This document shows positions 25,053-33,203 of a DNA stretch of 37,432 nucleotides, one piece after another. The stretch comes from an uncultured Spirochaetales bacterium. GTDB taxonomy: Bacteria > Spirochaetota > Spirochaetia > Sphaerochaetales > Sphaerochaetaceae. Both the position numbers and the translations under genes were made by a program. The stretch lies in contig CADBOI010000158.1 in the NCBI GenBank assembly GCA_902796335.1, forward strand, positions 1-37,432, in the 5' to 3' direction. Under the pieces are notes generated by a model that saw only the letters and a list, made by a program, of their open reading frames with translations, did not search any database and was not told where the DNA came from. Each line of letters begins with the position of its first letter. Within the stretch, counting starts at the first letter, position 1.

Positions 25053-25828
25053 ACAGTAAGATTAAGAAGACAGCTCTGATCACAGGTTCCAGCAGAGGCA
25101 TTGGCCTTGCCATTGCACGGCAGCTCGGTCTTGACGGATTCAAGGTCGTCATGGTTGCAACCGGCTCCAGGGAGAAATACGCTGCTGCAGTCGAAAGCCT
25201 TGAGAAGCTTGGAATCGAAGTCGGTTATATCCAGGCTGACATATCGAAAACCGAGGATAGACATAGGATTGTCAGGGAGGCTGTCGAACTCTTCGGCCGG
25301 ATAGATGTGCTTGTGAACAATGCCGGTGTTGCCCCGAATGAGAGGGCTGATCTTCTGGACATGTCGGAAGAATCGTTTGACCGGGTCGTCGGAATCAATA
25401 CCAAGGGCAACATGTTCCTGACACAGGCAGTCGTAAAGCAGATGCTGAAGCAGAATCCGATTGAACAGCGCCGAGGTGTTATCGTGAATGTTTCATCATG
25501 CTCATCGGTTGTCTCATCCACCAACAGGGGCGAATACTGTGTCTCAAAGGCAGGAATCTCCATGCTTACCACACTGTATGCCGACAGGCTGGCGGGAGAG
25601 GGTATTCTAGTCCACGAGGTCAGGCCGGGTGTTATAGACACCGATATGACCAGTACGGTACATGAAAAATACGACAGACTCATAGAGCAGGGCGTATTCC
25701 CGATTGCCCGCTGGGGAAAGCCGGAAGATGTTGCAAATGCCGTCAGTGCCCTTGTTTCGGATAAGTTCCTGTATACCACAGGCGATTACGTCGACGTTGA
25801 CGGAGGTTTCCACATAAAGCGCCTATGA
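25049..25828 (+). CDS. Short-chain dehydrogenase/reductase (3-oxoacyl-ACP reductase-like)
   Basis: ATGA start/stop overlap with the upstream gene. 259 aa with TGSSRGIGLAIA (cofactor site), NNAG and S...YCVSK catalytic residues. Confidence 0.9.
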   Translation: MNSKIKKTALITGSSRGIGLAIARQLGLDGFKVVMVATGSREKYAAAVESLEKLGIEVGYIQADISKTEDRHRIVREAVELFGRIDVLVNNAGVAPNERADLLDMSEESFDRVVGINTKGNMFLTQAVVKQMLKQNPIEQRRGVIVNVSSCSSVVSSTNRGEYCVSKAGISMLTTLYADRLAGEGILVHEVRPGVIDTDMTSTVHEKYDRLIEQGVFPIARWGKPEDVANAVSALVSDKFLYTTGDYVDVDGGFHIKRL

Positions 25829-27744
25829 TTGAAATCGTCAAAGTCAACACATGCATAGTCGGAACCGGAGCTGCCGGTTACAATGCCGCATGCAGACTCA
25901 AGGTATTCGGAGTTGATGACATCCTTCTCATAAGTGAGAACCGTCTGGGCGGGACCAGCCGGAATACCGGAAGCGACAAGCAGACTTATTACAAACTCTC
26001 TCTGAGCGGAGATGATCCTGACAGTGTAAGGGAGATGGCGAGAACCTTGTTCGAAGGAAAGGCTGTGGACGGGGACATCGCACTTTGTGAGGCGGCGCTG
26101 AGTACCAGAAGCTTCATGCATTTGGTAGAATCCGGTCTTCCGTTTCCTACAAACAGATACGGCGAGTTCGTTGGCTACAAGACTGACCATGACCCGAGAA
26201 CCAGAGCTACTTCCATAGGACCTTATACTTCCAGAGCAATGACACAGGCTCTGGAACTTGAAGCAGATAATCTGGAAGTTCCCTTCAGAAACCATCTGCA
26301 GGTCATCCGTACTCTTTCGGACGGAAAAAAGTGCCTCGGACTTCTCTGTCTGGACAATACTAGCTCCGATGAGCCGCATTTTGTAGCAATCGAGGCCGCG
26401 AATGTGATTCTTGCAACCGGCGGACCTGCCGGTATGTATTTGAATTCGGTCTATCCTCAGAGCCAGCACGGAGCTTCGGGTCTTGCATTCGAGGCCGGTG
26501 TGAAAGGCAGGAACCTTACTGAATGGCAGTTCGGTCTGGCATCAGTAAGGCCGAGATGGAATGTAAGCGGGACTTACATGCAGGCTCTGCCAAGATTCGT
26601 ATCCACTGATGCCGACGGAAACGATGAGAAGGAGTTCCTCCTACAGTATTTTGATACCCCTGAGGATATGTTGTCCAAGGTCTTTCTGAAAGGCTATCAA
26701 TGGCCGTTCGATGTCCGTAAAATCGGTGACGGAAGTTCAATCATCGATATTCTGGTTTACATAGAGCTGTCGGAAGGCAGAAGGGTTTTCCTTGATTTTA
26801 CAACCGATCCTGTTAGCGGTGGATTTGATTTCGATGGCCTGAATCCTGAGGTATATGCTTATCTTTCAAAGGCAGGTGCGCTTGTCAGGACACCGATAAA
26901 GCGCCTTGAAATAATGAATCAGCCAGCCATAGACTTCTACAGGGATAAAGGTGTGGACCTTGAAACCGAAAGGCTTGAGATTTCCCTCTGTGCTCAGCAC
27001 AACAACGGCGGTCTTGATCTGGACGCCTGGTGGCAGAGCAACGTAGAAGGACTTTTCGTTGCAGGTGAGGTCGCGGGAAGCCACGGTGTTTACCGTCCCG
27101 GTGGTTCGGCATTGAATGCAGGGCAGGTAGGATCTCTCAGAGCCGCCACGTACATAGCTGCAAGACGCAGGGATGCCAGTGTGGACGAAAAACAATTCTC
27201 TATCCTTCTTAAGCAGGCTTCGGACGAGATGAAAGCCATCTGCGACCTGACGCGGGGAGATATCTCAAACGTTGAAAAGACAGAGAAACATTTCTGCAAT
27301 CTGATGAGCAGGTTCTGCGGTCCTATCAGAGATGAGAACAACATCCGTTCCTTCATAGATGAAATCAATACTGTTATTGCGGATTTCTGCGGTAAGGTGC
27401 GGTATTCGGACTATTCGGAACTGAAGAACGTATTCAAGCTTAGAGATAATCTGATTGCCCAGAAGTGCTATGCCCAAAGCATGCTTGATTACATCAGAGA
27501 AGGTGGGAAAAGCAGGGGCAGCGCTCTCTATCATGATGAAAGCGGACAGAAGCCCTATGGTTTTCTACCTGAGACTTTCAGATTCTGTCGTGATGACGGA
27601 TCCAAGGATTCCCTGATCCAGGAGATGTTCTATGTGGACGGAAAGTGTTCCTTCTTCTGGAGACCTGTAAGACAGATTCCAGACGATGACGATTTCTTTG
27701 AGAATGTCTGGCGAAGTTTCCGGGAGAACGGGAACGTCAACTGA
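25825..27744 (+). CDS. FAD-binding oxidoreductase of the fumarate reductase / succinate dehydrogenase / L-aspartate oxidase flavoprotein class
   Basis: ATGA start/stop overlap with the SDR gene. 639 aa with N-terminal dinucleotide fold IVGTGAAGYNAA, then ILATGGPAG and LFVAGEVAGSHGVYRPGGSALN. No Fe-S or membrane-anchor subunit gene lies adjacent. Confidence 0.8.
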   Translation: MIEIVKVNTCIVGTGAAGYNAACRLKVFGVDDILLISENRLGGTSRNTGSDKQTYYKLSLSGDDPDSVREMARTLFEGKAVDGDIALCEAALSTRSFMHLVESGLPFPTNRYGEFVGYKTDHDPRTRATSIGPYTSRAMTQALELEADNLEVPFRNHLQVIRTLSDGKKCLGLLCLDNTSSDEPHFVAIEAANVILATGGPAGMYLNSVYPQSQHGASGLAFEAGVKGRNLTEWQFGLASVRPRWNVSGTYMQALPRFVSTDADGNDEKEFLLQYFDTPEDMLSKVFLKGYQWPFDVRKIGDGSSIIDILVYIELSEGRRVFLDFTTDPVSGGFDFDGLNPEVYAYLSKAGALVRTPIKRLEIMNQPAIDFYRDKGVDLETERLEISLCAQHNNGGLDLDAWWQSNVEGLFVAGEVAGSHGVYRPGGSALNAGQVGSLRAATYIAARRRDASVDEKQFSILLKQASDEMKAICDLTRGDISNVEKTEKHFCNLMSRFCGPIRDENNIRSFIDEINTVIADFCGKVRYSDYSELKNVFKLRDNLIAQKCYAQSMLDYIREGGKSRGSALYHDESGQKPYGFLPETFRFCRDDGSKDSLIQEMFYVDGKCSFFWRPVRQIPDDDDFFENVWRSFRENGNVN

Positions 27745-29239
27745 GTTCTACCTTTAATCCATCGAGGAAGCGGGCATCTCCCTCTTCCGAATATATTCCG
27801 AAAAGTGTTCCGGTGAAACAGTTTCCGCACGTGCAGCCGGTGGTAAGTCCTGCATAGGAAATTCTGTCGACCAGAGTATCTGCGGCATAGAATTCATAGA
27901 ATTCCCTTGTGGCTACTATCCTGAGCTCGATTGTCTCATCTGCCCGACAGCTTTCAAGCTGTATTTCCCTTGTTGTAGCTCCCAGATCATGTATATGTCT
28001 GTAAACTGAAGCCGCGACATGCCCACCGGTCTTTGAGATTCCCATTCTGGCATGGTAGTTTGTCTGAAGCCATGTGCAGACACCTGCTGTTCCGCTGAGA
28101 CTTCCCAGATCAAGTCTTGCTGTGAAAATGCAGTTGAAATCAGACTGTCTGACTGCCATCATTGTTGGGTGTCCGAGCGGTGTCTCAAGTCTCCGGTCTC
28201 CGATCAAGGTGATGCTTGCAGTACTTTTTTCCTGAAGATAGCAGTTTTCTTTGGGAACTCTGATTTTCAGAACAGGGAAGTCTGAGAGTTCTTTTTTGAA
28301 ATCAACATATATGCCGGTATTATCATGCTGTTCCGATGGAACAATGTCCGGCATCTCAAGTTCCACATATCCGTTGTCTCCAATCACAGGCCATCCATCA
28401 TCAGCCCATGAGACAGGGGCAAGAAACGTCTCGCGTCCCAGCGTGGTCAGAGGGACATTGGTGTTCTTTCTTGTGGCAAGGAAGACTGCAATCCATCTGC
28501 CGTCGGGAAGTTCCAGCAGATCGGCATGTCCGGTGCACTGTATCGGATGTCCTTTCCTGCTTACATGAGAAAGAATCGGATTGTCCGGATTCTGCTCATA
28601 AGGTCCGTGAATGTCTTTGCTGCGAAGGACGCACACATGATGCCCTATACCCGTTCCGCCTTCGGCGATGATGAGGTAATAATATCCGTTTCTGAAATAG
28701 ATGTGAGGTGCCTCTGTAGAATGACCACCGCAGCTTCCTGCTATCGGTCTGAAATCTTCCAGCATCTTACCTGTAAGTGGGTCAATGAACGCTCCGAAAA
28801 TACCTCTCGCGTTCGTGTGTGGATCGATTTCGCCGTTGGAAGTGTAGAAGCAGCGCCCGTCATCGGTGAAGAAAAGGGACGGGTCAATTCCGGTTTTGCA
28901 GATGAAGGAGGGATCTGTCCACGGACCGTGTATGCTTTCAGATGAAACTACGAAATTGAACTTCAGATATTTGTTCGTCGTGACGACATAGAAGCGACCG
29001 TCATGGTGTCTGATTGTGGCGGCATAGAGCCCGAGGCTGTCCGGACTCCTGTCTAGATCAAGAGTGCCTTGGGTTTTGAGTACACTGTCGCAATAAGACC
29101 AGTTCACCAAATCCGTACTTTCCCAGATGGTCACACCCGGAAAATACTCGAATGTAGAGGTTGCAATGTAGAAATGTCCGTCAACATAGCAGATTGAAGG
29201 ATCAGGATTGAAGCCCGGGATTATTGGATTTCTGTACAT
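27737..29239 (-). CDS. Glycoside hydrolase family 43 (beta-xylosidase / alpha-L-arabinofuranosidase type) with a C-terminal beta-sandwich domain, cytoplasmic
   Basis: 500 aa. The N-terminus MYRNPIIPGFNPDPSICYVDGHFYIATSTFEYFPGVTIWESTDLVNW is the classic GH43 opening. No signal peptide. The 3' end overlaps the convergent FAD-protein gene by 8 nt. Confidence 0.9.
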   Translation of the reverse strand: MYRNPIIPGFNPDPSICYVDGHFYIATSTFEYFPGVTIWESTDLVNWSYCDSVLKTQGTLDLDRSPDSLGLYAATIRHHDGRFYVVTTNKYLKFNFVVSSESIHGPWTDPSFICKTGIDPSLFFTDDGRCFYTSNGEIDPHTNARGIFGAFIDPLTGKMLEDFRPIAGSCGGHSTEAPHIYFRNGYYYLIIAEGGTGIGHHVCVLRSKDIHGPYEQNPDNPILSHVSRKGHPIQCTGHADLLELPDGRWIAVFLATRKNTNVPLTTLGRETFLAPVSWADDGWPVIGDNGYVELEMPDIVPSEQHDNTGIYVDFKKELSDFPVLKIRVPKENCYLQEKSTASITLIGDRRLETPLGHPTMMAVRQSDFNCIFTARLDLGSLSGTAGVCTWLQTNYHARMGISKTGGHVAASVYRHIHDLGATTREIQLESCRADETIELRIVATREFYEFYAADTLVDRISYAGLTTGCTCGNCFTGTLFGIYSEEGDARFLDGLKVELS

Positions 29240-29273
29240 GATATAAAGTTAGAGCGTTTTTTATGGTGAGTCA

Positions 29274-29296
29274 ATGTCAAAAGAAAAATTTGACAT
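29274..29296. promoter_or_regulatory. Palindromic operator candidate in the divergent GH43 / ABC-permease intergenic region
   Basis: ATGTCAAA-agaaaaa-TTTGACAT has 8-bp perfect arms. Each arm contains TTGACA on one strand. Additional TGTCA copies occur at 29296-29300 and 29311-29315. Confidence 0.35.
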
Positions 29297-29373
29297 GTCA
29301 GTTTTTAATCTGTCAATTTACAAGTTCCGGAAACCGATCTGAAAATGAAAACACATAAAGGGAGAGTTTTCAG

Positions 29374-30330
29374 ATGAAAAGACGAAAGTCGGACGGGATT
29401 TCTGAATTAGTGATTCGTGAGCCGTTGTCCAAACGCATGAGGAAAGACTGGAGCAAGAACAAAGGTCTGTATTTTATGTTCCTTCCTGTTCTTGTCTACT
29501 ATATCATCTTCCATTATGGACCGATGGCCGGTCTTCTGATTTCATTCCAGAACTACAAGCCAATCAAGGGTATCTTCGGGAGCAAGTGGGTAGGACTGAA
29601 GAACTACAGAGATTTCTTTCAGAGCTACTATTTCTGGCGTGTTCTGAGAAATACTCTGAAGATAAGTATCACCAACCTGATTTTCAGCTTCCCGATGCCG
29701 ATTATCCTTGCTCTGATGATCAACGAGCTCCGCACAAGGTATTTCAAGAAGATGGTTCAGACCATAACCTATCTGCCGCACTTCGTGTCGATTGTCGTCA
29801 TCATCTCCATGCTTTCCGATCTGACATCCAGAAACGGTGCCATTACGACTTTCCTGGCACACTTCGGATTCGAACAGCAGACAATGCTGCAGAATCCGAA
29901 ACTGTTCCTTCCCCTTTATATCATCTCAGGAATCTGGCAGAACATCGGTTGGAACTCGATCATCTACCTTTCGGCAATCATCGGAATAGATGCTCAGCTT
30001 TATGAGGCTGCGAAGATCGACGGAGCAGGAAAGCTGAGACAGCTGTTCTCCGTGACGCTTCCCTGTCTGTTCCCGACAATCATCATCATGTTCATCCTGC
30101 AGATAGGAAAGATGTTCAATGTCGGACATGAGAAGATACTCCTCATGTACAACCCGCTTACAATCGACGTTGCTGATGTCATCAACACATATGTTTACAG
30201 TGAAGGTCTTCTGAACATGAACTGGAGCTATTCGGCAGCAGTAGGCATGTTCAACTCCGTCGTGAGTTTCCTCCTGGTCTGGGGAACAAACAAGTTCAGT
30301 AAAAAACTGAGCGGCTCGAGTCTTTGGTAA
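29374..30330 (+). CDS. Carbohydrate ABC transporter permease (LplB/YteP-type)
   Basis: RBS GGGAGAG. 318 aa. The N-terminus ...KNKGLYFMFLPVLVYYIIFHYGPMAGLLISFQNYKP is typical of LplB-type permeases. EAA-loop region AAKIDGAGKLRQLFSVTLP. Confidence 0.9.
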   Translation: MKRRKSDGISELVIREPLSKRMRKDWSKNKGLYFMFLPVLVYYIIFHYGPMAGLLISFQNYKPIKGIFGSKWVGLKNYRDFFQSYYFWRVLRNTLKISITNLIFSFPMPIILALMINELRTRYFKKMVQTITYLPHFVSIVVIISMLSDLTSRNGAITTFLAHFGFEQQTMLQNPKLFLPLYIISGIWQNIGWNSIIYLSAIIGIDAQLYEAAKIDGAGKLRQLFSVTLPCLFPTIIIMFILQIGKMFNVGHEKILLMYNPLTIDVADVINTYVYSEGLLNMNWSYSAAVGMFNSVVSFLLVWGTNKFSKKLSGSSLW

Positions 30331-30340
30331 GGAGGTGAAC

Positions 30341-31225
30341 ATGTCAGACAAACCCATGAAAGTCAGATATACAAACGGAGAGAAGGCTCTGCACGTGATT
30401 ATCGTAGTCGTCTGTGCGTTTCTGTCTCTTGCAGTTCTTCTTCCGATGCTCAACATCCTTTTCGGAGCATTCTCTGATCCATATGAGGTCATGAAACATT
30501 CCGGACTGTTTCTCTATCCTGTCAGTCCCACCTTCTACAATTTCAAGCTGGTTTTCCAGAATCCGAGCATACTGACCGGATATCTGAACACGATTTTCGT
30601 TGTTGTCGTAGGAACGGGCCTGAATGTCTTCCTTTCGTTGATCGGAGCATACGTTCTTTCCAGAAAGGGAGCAGCCCTGGTGAAGGTCTTCACACTGATG
30701 ATTGTATTCACCATGTATTTCAACGGCGGAACAATTCCCACATATCTGGTCGTCGAGTCCCTCGGACTTATAAATTCCAGATGGGCTCTGATTCTTCCGG
30801 GTGCAATCAGCACATTCAATCTGATCGTCATGAGAACCGCAATGGCCCAGATTCCGGACAGTCTGCCTGAATCAGCCATGATAGACGGCGCGACTCATCC
30901 CCAGGTGCTATTCATGATCATGACACCGCTGTGTAAGGCCACGGTAGCAGTCATTGTCCTGTATTATGCGGTTGCCCACTGGAACTCCTGGTTCCCGGCC
31001 TTCCTGTATCTGCGTGACAAGACAAAGTATCCTCTTCAGCTGATACTCAGACAGATTCTGTTCCAGGAAGAGACGAACAGCATGGCTGCCGAGAACCTTG
31101 CCCTGTCAAGTGAAGCTGTCAAATACGCAACGATTGTTGTGGCAACGGTTCCGATTCTTCTTGTCTATCCGTTCCTTCAGAGATATTTCGTCAAGGGCGT
31201 TATGGTCGGCGCTGTAAAGGGTTGA
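30341..31225 (+). CDS. Carbohydrate ABC transporter permease (LplC/YtcP-type)
   Basis: The ATG at 30341 follows AAGGAGG; the track start at 30335 is a GTG inside the RBS spacing. 294 aa with EAA loop ESAMIDGATHPQVLFMIMTP. Confidence 0.9.
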   Translation: MSDKPMKVRYTNGEKALHVIIVVVCAFLSLAVLLPMLNILFGAFSDPYEVMKHSGLFLYPVSPTFYNFKLVFQNPSILTGYLNTIFVVVVGTGLNVFLSLIGAYVLSRKGAALVKVFTLMIVFTMYFNGGTIPTYLVVESLGLINSRWALILPGAISTFNLIVMRTAMAQIPDSLPESAMIDGATHPQVLFMIMTPLCKATVAVIVLYYAVAHWNSWFPAFLYLRDKTKYPLQLILRQILFQEETNSMAAENLALSSEAVKYATIVVATVPILLVYPFLQRYFVKGVMVGAVKG

Positions 31226-31228
31226 GCA

Positions 31229-31987
31229 ATGATCGGATTCGGGTTGGTAAGTGCAACATTCAAAGGTCTCTCTGTACGGAAAGTGCTTGAAATTGCACAT
31301 AATGCTGGTCTTCAGGCCATCGAATGGAGCGAGAACCACCACATTCCTTCAGGCGATGTGTCCTTTGCCGCCGAAGTCGGGAATCTCACACGTGATGCAG
31401 GCATCGCTATTGCAGGCTACGGATCCTATTTCCGTCTTGGTCAGGGTATGGACTTGACTGCGAGTCTGAATACCGCCAGGAGCCTTGGTGCTGACCAGGT
31501 CCGTATCTGGGCTGGGACCAAAGCCTCTGCAGATGTTTCCAAAGAGGAGAGAAAGGCACTTGAGAGAGAGCTTTCCGATGTCTGCCTCATTGCTGCGGAC
31601 ATGGGTATTGTCCTGAACCTGGAATGGCACAAGAACACACTGACGGATACAAATGAATCAGCCCTTGCATTGCTTCAGAATGTTGACTGTCCGAATCTGA
31701 GAACACTCTGGCAGCCGACACAGGCCCTTACAGAGGAGCAGCGTGAGGCCGGTCTGAAGATGATTCTTTCTTATCTCTCTTATCTGCATGTCTATCACTG
31801 GGACAAAACTGGAAGGAGACCTCTGGAGGAGGGCAGAACACAGTGGGAACGCTATTTCTGTGTTCTCAATGAAAACAAAGACTATTATGCGCTTCTGGAA
31901 TTCGTAAAGGACGATTCCGAAGATCAGTTTTATAAGGACTCGGAAGTCCTGAAGGAGATGCTTGGCTATGGCAGATTTGCACATTGA
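31229..31987 (+). CDS. Xylose isomerase-like TIM-barrel protein (sugar phosphate isomerase/epimerase family)
   Basis: It starts 3 nt after the permease stop. 252 aa: ...LEIAHNAGLQAIEWSENHH...LGADQVRIWAG...VLNLEWHKNTLTD...LHVYHWD, the pattern of alternating metal-ligand His/Glu/Asp strands seen in this fold family. Confidence 0.75.
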   Translation: MIGFGLVSATFKGLSVRKVLEIAHNAGLQAIEWSENHHIPSGDVSFAAEVGNLTRDAGIAIAGYGSYFRLGQGMDLTASLNTARSLGADQVRIWAGTKASADVSKEERKALERELSDVCLIAADMGIVLNLEWHKNTLTDTNESALALLQNVDCPNLRTLWQPTQALTEEQREAGLKMILSYLSYLHVYHWDKTGRRPLEEGRTQWERYFCVLNENKDYYALLEFVKDDSEDQFYKDSEVLKEMLGYGRFAH

Positions 31988-33191
31988 CTGTTTTGACATG
32001 ATTAATCCGTTCGTAATCGCCTCCAGCCCCGCTACAAGAGGTGCGGACAATGTGATAAAAAGCTCATCCTGCAAACCGGGTGCTGTTACAATGCGCAACT
32101 ACGGCCACGGCATGGGTGGCGGCGGATTCTTCTATCCGTCATTCGATGCGGTTCTCAAGGGCCAGCCGGCTTTCCATTCCCACGCGGTAGGCAAACAGCT
32201 TCCGGATACCATGAGTTCTCTGGACGAGTACTGTGAAGAGGTGAGAAAGGCCCGCAGGGAAATGTATCCCGAGACAAAGCTCTGGGCTTCGGTCGGACAT
32301 TATCATGATATCGAGAAATATCCTGACTGGAAGGAGAGGTGGGTCCGCGAGGCCAAGGATGTTGTGGCAGCCGGTGCAGATGCAGTAGAGCTTCACTTCA
32401 ACACCCCAGGTGTCGCCACAGCATCCGACAGACAGTTCAACTATTACCAGCTGGTTGCAACATGCACAAAGATGATCAAGGCTGCCGTTCCCGGAACTCC
32501 GGTAATGGTCAAACTTGCCATTGAGGATTGTGATTGTCTTACCAGCATCCGCGAGGCTGTAGCAGCCGGAGCCGATGCAGTAGGGCCGACGGCAAGATGG
32601 AAGGCTTTCTATTTCGATCTCGACTGGAAGACAACACAGCCAAGACCGGGTTCGGGCTACGGCGGAACACAGGCCAATCCGCTTGTGTGCTTTGAAGTTG
32701 CCGATGCCCGCTCCAGGGGTATAACCATTCCCATGTATGCCGGCGGAGGAGTGTTCTCCTATGATCAGGCCCTGCGCTATATCATGGCGGGATCGGACAT
32801 GGTCCAGTTCGGTGCAATCGCATGTTCGGGTGGAACCAAGGTCTGCGAGAAGATCATCAGACAGTGCTCGGAATGGATGGATAAGAACGGATATAAGAGC
32901 GTGAAGGACCTGAAGGGTGAGGCCCTCAAGCTCTTCAATATGGACAGTTCCTTTGCAAAAAGACGTCAGGACAAGCTGGGTGAGGCTTACAGACTCAGAG
33001 ATACCGATCCTGAGAAATGCATAGGCTGCGGACGCTGTACTGATGTTTGCTGGTACAAGGGAATCGAGTTGAGGAACAAGAAAGCCTGTAAGACGGAAAA
33101 CTGCATTGGTTGCGGTTACTGTTTCCAGGTCTGTCCAACCAAGGCGCTTGAGGTCGATGCAGCAGGCATTCTGAAAAGTGCCTGGGATTGA
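31968..33191 (+). CDS. Dihydroorotate/dihydropyrimidine dehydrogenase-like flavin TIM barrel with a C-terminal 2x[4Fe-4S] ferredoxin domain
   Basis: The ATG at 31968 (track start 31962 is a TTG) overlaps the upstream gene by 20 nt. 407 aa with N-terminal NPFVIASSPATRG, then VELHFNTPG, VMVKL and MYAGGGV (DHOD-fold landmarks). Two ferredoxin motifs follow: CIGCGRCTDVC and CIGCGYCFQVCP (nt 33018-33137). Confidence 0.8.
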   Translation: MADLHIDCFDMINPFVIASSPATRGADNVIKSSSCKPGAVTMRNYGHGMGGGGFFYPSFDAVLKGQPAFHSHAVGKQLPDTMSSLDEYCEEVRKARREMYPETKLWASVGHYHDIEKYPDWKERWVREAKDVVAAGADAVELHFNTPGVATASDRQFNYYQLVATCTKMIKAAVPGTPVMVKLAIEDCDCLTSIREAVAAGADAVGPTARWKAFYFDLDWKTTQPRPGSGYGGTQANPLVCFEVADARSRGITIPMYAGGGVFSYDQALRYIMAGSDMVQFGAIACSGGTKVCEKIIRQCSEWMDKNGYKSVKDLKGEALKLFNMDSSFAKRRQDKLGEAYRLRDTDPEKCIGCGRCTDVCWYKGIELRNKKACKTENCIGCGYCFQVCPTKALEVDAAGILKSAWD

Positions 33192-33203
33192 TGAGGTGGG
33201 GAG

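Noticed and set aside
23700-27744. Identification of the OYE/SDR/FAD trio as a bile-acid 7-alpha-dehydroxylation (bai) operon
   Set aside because: Only the generic enzyme classes overlap with bai. There are no baiB/baiE/baiF/baiG-like genes, and the OYE protein lacks the fused BaiCD/BaiH reductase domain. The context is carbohydrate, not steroid.
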